Source: Eledone cirrhosa
Taxonomy: Eukaryota
Direction: 5' to 3'
Length of the DNA stretch: 64,000 nt
NCBI GenBank assembly: GCA_964016885.1
Contig: OZ024742.1
Coordinates: forward strand, 214,768,001 to 214,832,000
Numbering within the stretch: position 1 is the first letter of the stretch; the number at the start of each line of letters is the position of its first letter. Of the stretch, positions 27,300 to 38,921 are shown one piece after another. The position numbers and the translations under genes are program-made. The notes below the pieces were generated by a model. That model was not told the origin of the DNA. It was given only the letters and a program-made list of their open reading frames with translations, and searched no databases.

Positions 27300-28791
27300 C
27301 TAGCAGTAAAGCCCGGTGTTGCTCGGGGTTTCCCAGTAGCAGTGTTAAAGTTACAATGTTAAGTTCCTTTCTTGGCTTACAAACTGTAGAGTCTACATTG
27401 TAGACTTTAATGTGGTACTTTTGATTAATATTCCCTCAACCAACAGTATGCCTTATGAAGTTAAGAAAACATAACCATAACCTGAATGTTAAAACAAAAG
27501 AGGATGCTGGGGATAAAAACTGCACTGGTATTGTATTAACAAAAATTGAAAATGTAAACACTACAACACTTGTCTAAGAGAAAAACATCAACGTAACCAA
27601 ACTATCAGTTATTTTGAAACAAAGAAATTGGATGGACATGAAAAAAAAAAAAGAAATGCGTTATCTGAAGTCGAGGTAGCAGGCAGCATCAAAGAGGTTC
27701 GCACCTGTAATAAAAAATATTGACAATGTAATATAGCGTAGATGTTTATGTATAATCTATGCAGAGCTCATAACATACCCTGCACAACTTTATCGCCTAT
27801 ATCAACTCTCTGCACGACTGCCAGTCTGCACAAATTCATCACCTATATCAACACTCTGCACGACTGTCTGCCAGCACAACTTTATCGCCTATATAACCTC
27901 TCTGCACGACTGTCTGTCTGCACAACTTTATCGCCTATATAACCTCTCTACACGACTGTCTGTCTGCACAACTTTATCGCCTATATAACCTCTCTGCACG
28001 ACTATCTGTCTGCACAACTTTATCGCCTATATAACCTCTCTGCACGACTGTCTGTGTGCACAACGTTATCGCCTATATAACCTCTCTGCACGACTGTCTG
28101 TCTGCACAACGTTATCGCCTATATAACCTCTCTGCACGACTGTCTGTGTGCACAATTTTATCGCCTAGCACCTCTCTGCACGACTGTCTGTCTGCACAAC
28201 TTTATCTCCTATATCACTTCTCTGCATGACTGTATGTCTGCATGCCTCCATCGTCTATTATCCCGACTGTCTGTCTGCACAACTTTATCGCCTATATCAC
28301 CTCTCTGCATGACTGTCTGTCTGCACGGTGTATTCAAATAGGCTTGTTTTCAAGTAAAAATATTGTTTTAAAATACTTTTTAATGGAAATGAAGCAAAAT
28401 GGAAGCTTAATGTTGGAACTTCGAACTCATGAATTTTTCAGGTTCAAATTTGGCTGGCCTGAAAACTGTTCGCCTATTTTTGTACTTTTGCACGCGTTGT
28501 ATATTCGTAACGTAAATAGATAAACAGAATGACGCCATAAAAGGTAAGGAACTCGTCTCTTATACATTTGAACTGAAAAATCAATACATTGCAAATTCGA
28601 TTTTTGCACTTGGCGTGGGTCGATTTGAACATTTTTTTGACCGGTCTCCGCCGACCTTCATCTATAAGTGTAGCAATTTCACCGAAATTTGAATGATCGG
28701 TTTAGGAGGAGACGTGTGCCGACCGTTTTAGTAGAGAGACAGAGAGAAAGACAGACACACAGACAGACAACCTCAGTTTTATATATATAGA
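27300..28791 (-). mobile_element. Non-autonomous Helitron
   Basis: Minus strand begins TCTATATATATAAAACTGAGGTTGTCTGTCTG and ends with a CCCG...CGGG hairpin then TTTACTGCTAG; contains an internal minisatellite. Confidence 0.75.
27780..28327. repeat. 46-bp minisatellite, about 12 copies
   Basis: Unit CTGCACAACTTTATCGCCTATATAACCTCTCTGCACGACTGTCTGT; copies start at 27874 and 27920. Confidence 0.95.
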
Positions 28792-29317
28792 CTAGCAGAA
28801 AACCACCCTTTGGGTGGTTTTCTGCTAGCAAATCTAGTGTATATACTGATATTGTTGAGATTTGGATGAGAAATGTTTTCGGTACCACATGTTCACCGTC
28901 TCTCGGTGTGTCTTTTATGCATGTATAAATATATATGTTATCTTACGGTGAAATCTTTGAAATAAATATGTTAAAGCGAAAAAGGAGAAAAAGAGATTAG
29001 TGACGGAAATATAAACGTTATGATACATAAACGTTATGATATAACGATGGAAATATATCTTCAAATGGTCCTTGGCATGGTGTCAAGTCAGAACCGCCTC
29101 GAACTGGTTACTTCTAGCTTGTGGAAGGTGTCTCTATAGCAACCAGCTATTCCCTCGGCCTCAGTGGAGAGGGGAAGGTAGTGTTTCTATAGCGACAATG
29201 TTTCTCTTGGTAGTACCAAAGTGGAGAAAGGAAGGGGAAGGTAATATTTCTGTAGCACCTACATTTGAGTTTTAGGGAAGGACAGACAGACAGACAAACA
29301 GATAAATGCCAATATAT
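28792..29317 (-). mobile_element. Second Helitron-like element joined head-to-tail with the first
   Basis: 3' hairpin plus CTAG at 28792-28828 abuts the TC start of the neighbour; (GACA)n subterminal tract near 29281-29300. Confidence 0.55.
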
Positions 29318-29320
29318 TTC

Positions 29321-29359
<39 letters not shown>

Positions 29360-29517
29360 CACACATACAAATGTATATATATTACACACACAGAAATGTA
29401 TATATATTTCTTAGAACAAAATTATTATTAATGTTTTGCTGTTCATAACAATTGGAATTGAAAAATTACTTTTGAAATTATTAGTTATTTTACTATTGCT
29501 TAGATATGTGTTTCTAA

Positions 29518-29726
29518 TAATTGTTTCTACTTTTGGCCAGCAATTACCTAGCAATTAAGGCCAGCAATAACCCAGTACATTACTGGTACTTTATTTTATC
29601 GACCCCGTGAGGATGAAAGGCAAAGTTAACCTCGGCGGTATTTGAACTCAGACCGTAAAGGGACGTAACTCCATGCTATGAAGCATGATGTCCGACTCTC
29701 TACAGATTCTGCCAATCCACCGCCCT
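29518..29726 (-). mobile_element. tRNA-derived SINE
   Basis: Reverse complement of the family consensus (ACTGGTACTTTATTTTATCGACCCC...GGATGAAAGGC...TTTGAACTC). Confidence 0.9.
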
Positions 29727-29729
29727 AAT

Positions 29730-30013
29730 GTCTGTACGTAATGAGGGAGTGAGAAGGGAGAGAAAGAAAGGCAGAGGTGAAGTGACGAAGTGACTCTCTC
29801 CTCCTCCTCCTCCTCCTCCATCTCCCCATTCGTCACAGCGATAGAGGGGAGGAATGTTAGTGTGTTACAAAGAGAAAGAGTGAGAGTGAGAGAAACAGAC
29901 AGACTAAAAGAGAGGGATAGCTGGAGAGAGAGAGAGAGATAGCAACCACGCGCGCACGTGTTTCCACTGTCGGACAGACAGACAGAGAAATTGCTGGTTA
30001 TATATTATAAGGA
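29730..30013 (-). mobile_element. Helitron-like 5' fragment
   Basis: Minus strand starts TCCTTATAATATATAACCAGCAATTTCTCTGTCTGTCTGTCC, the same layout as the 28791 terminus. Confidence 0.4.
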
Positions 30014-30272
30014 GATTGAGTAAGCAGAAGAATATAACTGGGTGCAAGGAATATATAATAACCTTTCCAGCGACTAGAGTATTAAGAGCTAAACTACGAA
30101 ATAATGAATATTTTACTATCAGAAATAATAACAAAAATGATAATTATAAAAAGAGAAACGTGGAATATGTAATACGTTTTACAACATATCAATTACTATT
30201 AGGGTATTATGGCAAATTAGTGACGTCGTGTTTACTATTTATTTACACGAAGAGATTTCAAAATGTCAAAAT

Positions 30273-30328
<56 letters not shown>

Positions 30329-30517
30329 CTGACAGCTAGTTTAGTTTGATTGATAGATTGGCTGAATGATTCATACTCTGATACTGTTGGAAAACAAACT
30401 TTCAGATTAACATAATATATAAAAGATCAAGAAGAAATTTAAAAAGAAAGAAATCTCAATCTATATTTGAAATAATATGAAATATGTCAAGCAAAGTTTG
30501 TCTGTATACATGAATAT

Positions 30518-30570
<53 letters not shown>

Positions 30571-30573
<3 letters not shown>

Positions 30574-30967
30574 CATGCTTTGGGAGGGTCATGTTGCCAA
30601 TAAGAAACCAATGCACCACATGCTTTCACTCCAATTTATTATAAATTAAATTTATAAATTTAAGAATTTATAAATTTCCGGTTGGTTGGTTGGTTGGTTC
30701 CACAACCAGATGGTTGTTCATATATTTTTAAAGTTCTTTTGTCACACATTATGTGACCTCTTCAGTGACTGGGGATTATTTTCTTTGTGTTTGTGCCTCT
30801 ACTTTGTTCTGTCCTACGCCGTCTTGTTTTTATGTGTGTTGAACACACACAAAAACGAGATGGCGTATGACATATCAATAAAAGACAATTATCGGTGTTT
30901 AACACTGAATAGCTAATTGAAGTAAAATAATTTGAGCTGCACTCCAACGCTATACACAGCTGAGACA
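30571..30967. mobile_element. Possible solo LTR
   Basis: About 400 bp bounded by TGTC...GACA next to (TA)n; no clear target-site duplication. Confidence 0.3.
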
Positions 30968-32384
30968 ATCGGGTAGATCATCCTATATACGAAATAAATG
31001 GCCAGCAGTAAAATCCAAATGCGTACCTATCGATTATGGGTTGATTGCTGTAAACATTAAGTTAATCAGGCGCTGACAAACAATCTTATCTAAATTAGAT
31101 GCTTTACACGTAACTTTGTATGTAAACAACAGTGTAAATTTTAAATATCGAAGTGTTTAATTAAATTTCAAATTAAAAGTGGTAAGAGCTCCAATCACAC
31201 AAAATAACTGTAGTCACAGTCAATTGCTTTAAATATCTTAAGAAATGGGAAAATACGACTACAGACGGAAACAAACGATCAAACACCAGCTACAAATAAT
31301 CTAATTCTATTTCTCTCAAATTCCGGCGTAGTGCTCTAACCATAGAACTAAACGGTCACTGATAACTAATCTCGTCTAAAACGGAAGCTTTATAAACAGA
31401 TTTGCACGTATCAAGCCTTGTACATATGAAGTATTAGAGCGTAAACATTAAGTTAAACTTTGGGAGGCTGCTATTTATATATATATATGATAATACTGAA
31501 ACGAAGTCATCGAATAAGACCGATAGAACTTCGATCGTTTTCCCATACATTCAATGATTTAATTAAGTCAGTATGATTAATATACCAACCAAAGGAAAAC
31601 AGAGTATGCACTAATACGTTAAATAGTGAGAAAAACGATTTTGTGTGGAAAGAAAATTTGACTTTCTGGCCCCGGACTAATGCACCAGTTACTGCTAATC
31701 CATCTGCTAGCGACAGTCCACATGGAACTGGCGTGCACAGAAATTAAGGAATGCTATTAAGCATAACATTAGTGGCTAACATGATCATCAGGCAAGACTC
31801 TGATTATCCTGCATGCGCTTTTAATCAGCATGCGACAAGGGAAATTTCGGCAACAAGAACAAAGTATAATCGTTTATATATTACTTGACGTGAGTGTTTA
31901 CAGTGAAGATGATGTAAAACCAGTAGCCATAGACTATATTGTTTAACTATATGTATTGCTATGAATTGCGCTTTAGAAAACGGGTCATTCATATTTGGAG
32001 TGAACAATCTTCATAAAAAAGATAATCGAAAACAAAATATCATGTTGGCTAAATAAACAGATATAAGAGAATTAAACTAAACACAGACTTACATATACTT
32101 AGAAATTAATGGGCTACACATAGTTCAAAACACACTAATGAACGAAAAGGTCATGAAGTAATATTATAGAAACATCGTATTAATACTTAAAGCGGACCTA
32201 AATGTCAAAAAGAAGGAAGCCAATCTGCATCGATACCTCAACTTGTCCAGTAATATATTTTAGTTGAGATATTCTTATCGATATATTATATAAATTAGCA
32301 AGATCAGCCAAGTTGTTAAGAACAAATATTTACTGCATTCAGAATATATAGAGTCATAAAAATAAGCCTATTTTAACGTAAGTT

Positions 32385-34690
32385 ATGCGCACATCATGTC
32401 GTCTACAAATTCCAGCCGACTGATTTGACACCCACCAATCATAATTACACTTCCAACCCGGCTGCACATGTCAATCCTGATCATGTAAATGATGAACAGA
32501 AGTGACAGTAGGCACCTTTGGCTGAGCCCGATTCCCACATTGAATGGTTTCGATTTAGCACCTTTTATCCGAACACAAATGCTTGGGCCTTTGTATAAAG
32601 TTAGACTTGCCGCAGTGTAAATATTTGGTCGATTGTACTGCGTCCAGGTCAAAGTTCACACTCTTTATCAGGTAGTCTGGACTCGACAATCTCCCTGCAT
32701 CTCTTCCCCAGACACTTAGCATACATTTTAACGGGGTGGCTTAACAAGGATACCTCTTTCAAAGTGGAACAATATCTCTTATCTCCCTTTCTGAAAATTG
32801 GGTTAATCACTTCCAATTGCCTTTGGTTATGTGATTTCCAGACATACAGGCGACCCGGCAAACACGAGTCAGCCAGGAAATACTTTCTCTATTTAATGAC
32901 TTTAGCATCTCGGGCCGGATTTCATCCTCCCCAGCAGCAATGTCACAGTTCAGCTCTTTAACTGCTCATGTGATAACAGCTTCTGAGAGATTAGCCACCG
33001 TTCCCAAATGCACCTCGTGTACTTCCGAAGAGGCAGTTATGATCGAGTTTAGGAGATCTGCAATGTATTCTATCCACCACGCGAGGATGCAACTCACTGA
33101 AGGAGAAGAACCCCATACGGATTGTTGATATCACGTGTGGAGAAGGGCTACTTATTACGAAGTAATTTGACAGGACAATTCATATGCTGATCTGAAATCG
33201 GATCCCTGCTTAACGCCAAATACCTCCGTGTCTTAACTGAGGACGCCTTTACCGTCTCTACTGCTATTAGTTGTGCCTGCATGTACCATAAGTCCAAGAA
33301 GGAAGTCTTATTTCCTAGGCAAGTTTTGTAAACTTCCTTCTTTTCTCGGATTGCATGTTAGACCTCCTGATTGAAACAAGGGGTCGTTCTGCCACCCAGC
33401 GCCATACCAAGCCGATTTCATCTGCAGAAATGAACATCTGAAAACAGAAACTACTGCGCTGAAAAATGTCCACTCTGTCTCAACATATTCAGTTTCCTCA
33501 GTGAGTTCTCCGAATTTGGTAGTAATAGTATCTGCATACGTGGTTCTGACTTCTTTACCCACCTATGCTTACCACTTTATCCTGCAGTTCACCAGTTTTG
33601 ATAGTCTCAAGCTGCAGATAACTAGATGGTGATTAATTGACAGCTGAGCACCTCTCTCAACACCAACATTCAGCATAGAATCAAAGAGATCGGTGACAAT
33701 AACAAAATCAATAATTGATCTCTGTCCCTGCTTCCCCTTATACCGCGTACATTTATGGATGTCTCTGTGTTGAAAGAAGGTATTCGTAATAGAAAGTCCA
33801 TTGCTAGATCAGAAGTGTAATAAGGCCTCTCCATTCGTATTTAGATCGGTGTCGCCATCCCTTCCAATCTTACATTTTCATGTCAGGTTGTCAATTCACT
33901 TTTAACTATATATAAAGCTGCAGTGACTTCATCAAGGTAAGACCTATATTCAGACTACTTATCTGGTGCATAAACCTGCACCACCAACAGACACCTATCT
34001 TGTAATCTAAGCATCAAGAGGCAAATTTTCAATCCTAGTGGGATCGAATACTGAACACATTTTGACAGACATTAGCTTGGAAAGCCTACACCTGAATGTG
34101 CAGTCATTTCTGGTGCCACACCTGATGATGGAGTTTGCATCTTCCATCCAAGTTTACAGTGTTAGAGCAAAGGAACTTCTTTGAGGAAAGCCCGACTATA
34201 TCTAGCTGGTAGCATCTATCCTCCTGCACTATTTCCTGCTCCTTACCTGTAAGTGCTGTGATGTACTAGGTTCCAACTCTCAAGATTTGCTACTTTCCGA
34301 ACCCTCTTTGGGGTCTCGGGATATGCAATCTTTGTGCGTCCATCCCACGCCTCCCAGGACAGGTCGCAGGCTCATCGCCAATGTTTGCAGCATGAAATGG
34401 AGACTGAAATATATTCTTCGAAATGGCCCCCTCTACCTAAGACATGAACATTTCCCTTGTTAAGTCTCGTAAAGGACGATGTGGTATGGTTCTTCTTTGT
34501 TTTCCTTATTGTATTGCAGTGTCAGTTTTAGTGGTCAGTAGCTGCAGGCATCATCCATTGCTCCATCTTCCCTAGGTCTTTAATGCTGTTCGTCCGGGGT
34601 TGTTTATTCGTCCAGCAGTTTCCCGCTTATATCGCAACTAGCCATCATATCTTGTGGCCGTATCACTATCTGCCACCTGCAACCCGTTCT
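32385..34690 (-). mobile_element. Decayed RTE-clade LINE (5' UTR, APE, RT up to the catalytic DD)
   Basis: NGLSITNTFFQHRDIHK...RSIIDFVIV (APE); KGDKRYC...SLLSHPVKMYAKCL.KRCREIVE; CVRIKGAKSKPFNVGIGL.Q.CLLS.LFIIYM...FVDD (RT). The 5' boundary is approximate. Confidence 0.85.
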
Positions 34691-37132
34691 CTAACAGTAT
34701 AAAAAAAATATAAAAAAATATTAAACAAACACAAAATACTAGAAATAAAACAAAATGAAAACTAAATTGTCAATGGAATTACAGTATGCCGTGCTCAGAG
34801 GGGAGAACACTATTTGCTATACATATCGTATGCCAAGTAGCGCTCTGCATATCCAATTCTACAATGCAAAAACTCAACTTTTGTTGTAAAAACTCAACCA
34901 AAGTGCCAAAATGAAATAACAGATGTATTTCGTTGGAACAGAATACATTCTGAAGTAGAATGGGGAAAGGTAACTGTTGTATTCATAAAGAAGCACAATC
35001 CATCACATTTGTTCTTGTTCAGTTTTACTAAAAATGTAACGTAGAAATATGATGTTTGCTTATAGATATAAATGATTTGCTATAAAAAAGGGTAGAACTT
35101 TTAAATAATGCCAAAGACATCGTTGCCCTGATCATGCAGAGATATTGAAAAGCATTGTCCAGATGCTATACTCGCAACAAGACAGGAAGAACAGCTATCT
35201 TCTAATCGCTGTTAATGTACAAATTCTAACGAATAATAATATATTTCTAGAAAAAACATCAGAAATATATTTTATTCACACAGACACACAGGGTCACAGA
35301 ACCATAAGCGCAAACACGCCCCCCCTCCACACACACACACACTCACATACATATATTCATAAATACATAGATAGAGACATATGTACATACATACGTACTT
35401 ACGTGCATACACAACATATAGAATACAGCCATTTTAAGCATTGCATATGTATTAAGTAGGGCAATCCAAATAAAATAGAAAAAAAACACACAAATGAAAT
35501 AATACGCTGCACGTGCCCAGTACACTCTAGGTTTCGCCCGATTTTGATAAAATTTCATAAAATCCAATTCTTCCTATTGCACATAATTCTATAAACAGAA
35601 CATTTCAGGGAAGTTGTGCAATCGATTATAGATATTACAATATATTATTTCATATTTGAAGTAATTTGTAGGACCAGACTATCTCGGATTCCACACAGCA
35701 CTCACAGAAATAAAATAACATATGCTCTTATATAATTTACACCATATACTATAAAATATCCACTATACCATTTACAATACATGGATATCATATTTTGGAC
35801 AGATGTAATGTTATAATATGCAACAAATCACTCAAAAGTGATTCTAAAAAATTGCAACTCGACATTAATACAGAATAACATAACACACAAATCATACGTG
35901 AAAAACAGACAGAAGCCAGTCAAATAATACACCTCACACCATACATATCCTACACAATAAACTTATGAAAGAAAAGTGCCAGGAGAAAAGTAAACGAACA
36001 ATAGATGTAGATTAGAAACATTCTAACATACCCTAAATAGTAATGCGGCACACATCTCAACATCATATGGGAGTGCAGTAGCAACTGAAGTGGAACTGAA
36101 GAGGCGGTTGAAAACTTGATAATGGTTGTAATGTTTTCTTATCTATGCACAAGACAACACATTGGAGGACGACTGCTATCGATTACATCACCCGCATGTA
36201 ATATATATTCTTGATACCAGAAGGAGGGAAAGCAAAGTTTATTTCGACGACACTTGAGCCTTTTGTCTATGCTCTACCGCTTCCAATAATTCACCACTTG
36301 GAATATAATAATCCTATTGTTCTCCATGAATGAGTTTTAAATGGAAAACAATGGGTTTTACATTAGTACAAGAAAATAGGCTTCATAACAAATTATCAGG
36401 ACTGGGTGGCTGACGTATGGGAAAAATCTGCACTGAACTCCTTTAAAAATCTCGTTTGATCTACACACACATATGCCAGGAAAAATTAGCTGGCTGGTGT
36501 AAATGTGCCTATCCAATCGTTGATTTACAAGCGCCTGGACGTGTTGTATTTAATCGGATATTATATTATCTTCTCACAGTCTATCCGCATCTCTTTTCAG
36601 CTTTAAAAGAAAATCCAAGAACGCGTGAATGTGAAGGACACTTTAAGATCCCATTATACAAAATAAAAGTCCCTTTACATACGTCATTAATGATTTCATA
36701 GAGGACGTCTCCAATTACTTATAACATTTAATGGAGAGAATTACACTAATTAGAACACACAATGACCAATTGTAGCCTAGAGCAATGCACATATAAACAG
36801 AAAATGAGAATTACTGTCACAAGGGTGGACATTAGTATCAAACAGTTAACACTCTAACAGGATTAGTATGGTTGATGTATCGTTGCTCACCAACTGACAA
36901 ACCGATGAAGCCGGGAAGCCTGTAATGGCTTCCTGCTATTTTATCTAGCTGCGATGAAGACTTGACCATTAATATGCTTGACCGAGAATCGACTCGGGAA
37001 TTTAGTAATGAGCGGCAAACAAAATAAATGTAATTTGGCTGGGGCAACAAACCACTTTCTAATGTACGTAGAAATCTTTACAAATGTACATCATTAATAC
37101 AGATATCATTCTATTATAACAAAGTTTTCAGT

Positions 37133-37292
37133 ATAATTGTTTCTACTTTTGGCACAAGGCCAGCAATTACCCAGTACATTACACGTACTTTATTTTATCG
37201 ACCTCGTAATTTGAACTCAGAATGGCAAGGGCCATAACTATGCGTCAAAGCATAGTATCCGATCCTCTACCGATACTGCCAATCCGCCGCCC
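37133..37292 (-). mobile_element. tRNA-derived SINE with internal deletion
   Basis: Reverse complement of the family consensus. Confidence 0.85.
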
Positions 37293-38496
37293 TACTTTTC
37301 AGTATAATGAGATTTGTTTCAATTCCCGGTAATAAGCTTATTGAAACAACGATAACAGAATCTCGTTATAACGAATATTTCAGTACAACGAACGAAAATT
37401 GCACTCCAAGCAGCCAAAATTCCTCGCTACGGCAAAAAGAAAAAAAAAATTGTTGACGCACTCATTCTCGCCGAAATGTCATCAGACCAAAATACTTGTA
37501 TATGAATGTTGCATTTAATGCAAAGTTAACATTCAGAAAAATATTGCAGACGTTTAATGATATTAAACTCTAATACGTATTTAGTAGTCAGATACAATTT
37601 GCTATATTTATTATTTTCAGCTTTCTTAAAATATATATCTCTTTTAAAGTGTCTACAACTTTCTAACATGTATATATATGAATATTTGACTCACTGTGTT
37701 TATCTATATTTCGTCAACAAAGTTCTGAGAATCTTGTACAATTTCTGTTGACATGTTCGTAAGAATGTTTAACCTTGTGCGATTTTTCATAAATGTAATT
37801 TCATATAGATAAAAATACCTGATTATTACATAACATAACATTTTTTTTTGTTTCTAACTCAGTATGTCTCCTTTCTATATGAAAAACAAATGTTTAAATC
37901 TGCACGTAAATATTTATACATATTTATCTGTAATGCAACATCCGCCGGTCCATATTTCTTTTTTATTCCATCTGATTAAATATGTATGAATGCGTGTATA
38001 TATGTATGCATATATATATATAAGTTTTTATATATGTTTGTGTGGATAGAGCTTGATTATCTTCATTTTCTTCATTCGCTGGTTCATTTTACTCCTATGC
38101 AGCATGCTTATACTACGAATACCCCTATCTCTCTTTATTCCTATTTTTCACTTTCTTCTTTGGTTAAACATTTTGTATTGCAGTTCTCTTGACAGCTGTA
38201 ATTAGCAGAACTCTTGAATTCATTCGTTTCTCTTAGCACAGCAGCTGTAATTAGCAGTCGTCTTGGGAATTAAATCTGAATAACAGTTAGCGTGGATATA
38301 CTTGTGGATCACTCCACTTGTAAGTGACGTCAGAAAGATTCTGTTGATTTGGTGCATGTTGTTACCATTAGGTTGAAGAGGTTAAGGCAGAACAGATTCT
38401 ACAAAAATCCTTATGTAAAACACACATCTGACAGATATATGAATGTTTACTTGCTTGTATACGTGTTGATTTGCATATATATATATAGAGAGAGAG

Positions 38497-38622
38497 ATAG
38501 ATAGATAGAAAGCTAGATAGGTAGATGGATGGATGGATAGACATATAGATAGATAGATCGATAGATCGATAGATAGATCGATAGATAGATAAATAGATAG
38601 ATAGATAGATAGATAGATATAT

Positions 38623-38669
<47 letters not shown>

Positions 38670-38685
38670 TATAGACAGATAGATA
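38497..38685. repeat. (GATA)n microsatellite at the Tx1 3' end
   Basis: Read directly. Confidence 0.95.
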
Positions 38686-38921
38686 TATTTCTTTATTTGC
38701 CACAAGGGCGCACAAGAAAAGGGGAAATACAAAGACACATGCCGGGGATTTTACATACAGTCGTGTAAAAATATTGAAACAAACAATTATAACAATCGAA
38801 ATCCCCAATAGGGGGGAGGCGTCACACATGGGTTGTTTACTACCCCGTCGATAGAACAACCCTCAACTTCAGGAGCGTGTTGTGCAAGTGCTCCTTTCTT
38901 CCTTTTGCTCTCTTCTTTAAC

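Noticed and set aside
27780-28327. Regular repeat array resembling CRISPR
   Set aside because: There are no unique spacers; it is a contiguous 46-bp minisatellite in eukaryotic DNA.
36900-36940. CCGATGA followed by a GGAAGCC/GGCTTCC hairpin
   Set aside because: No GAAA or stem III follows, so it is incomplete as a hammerhead.
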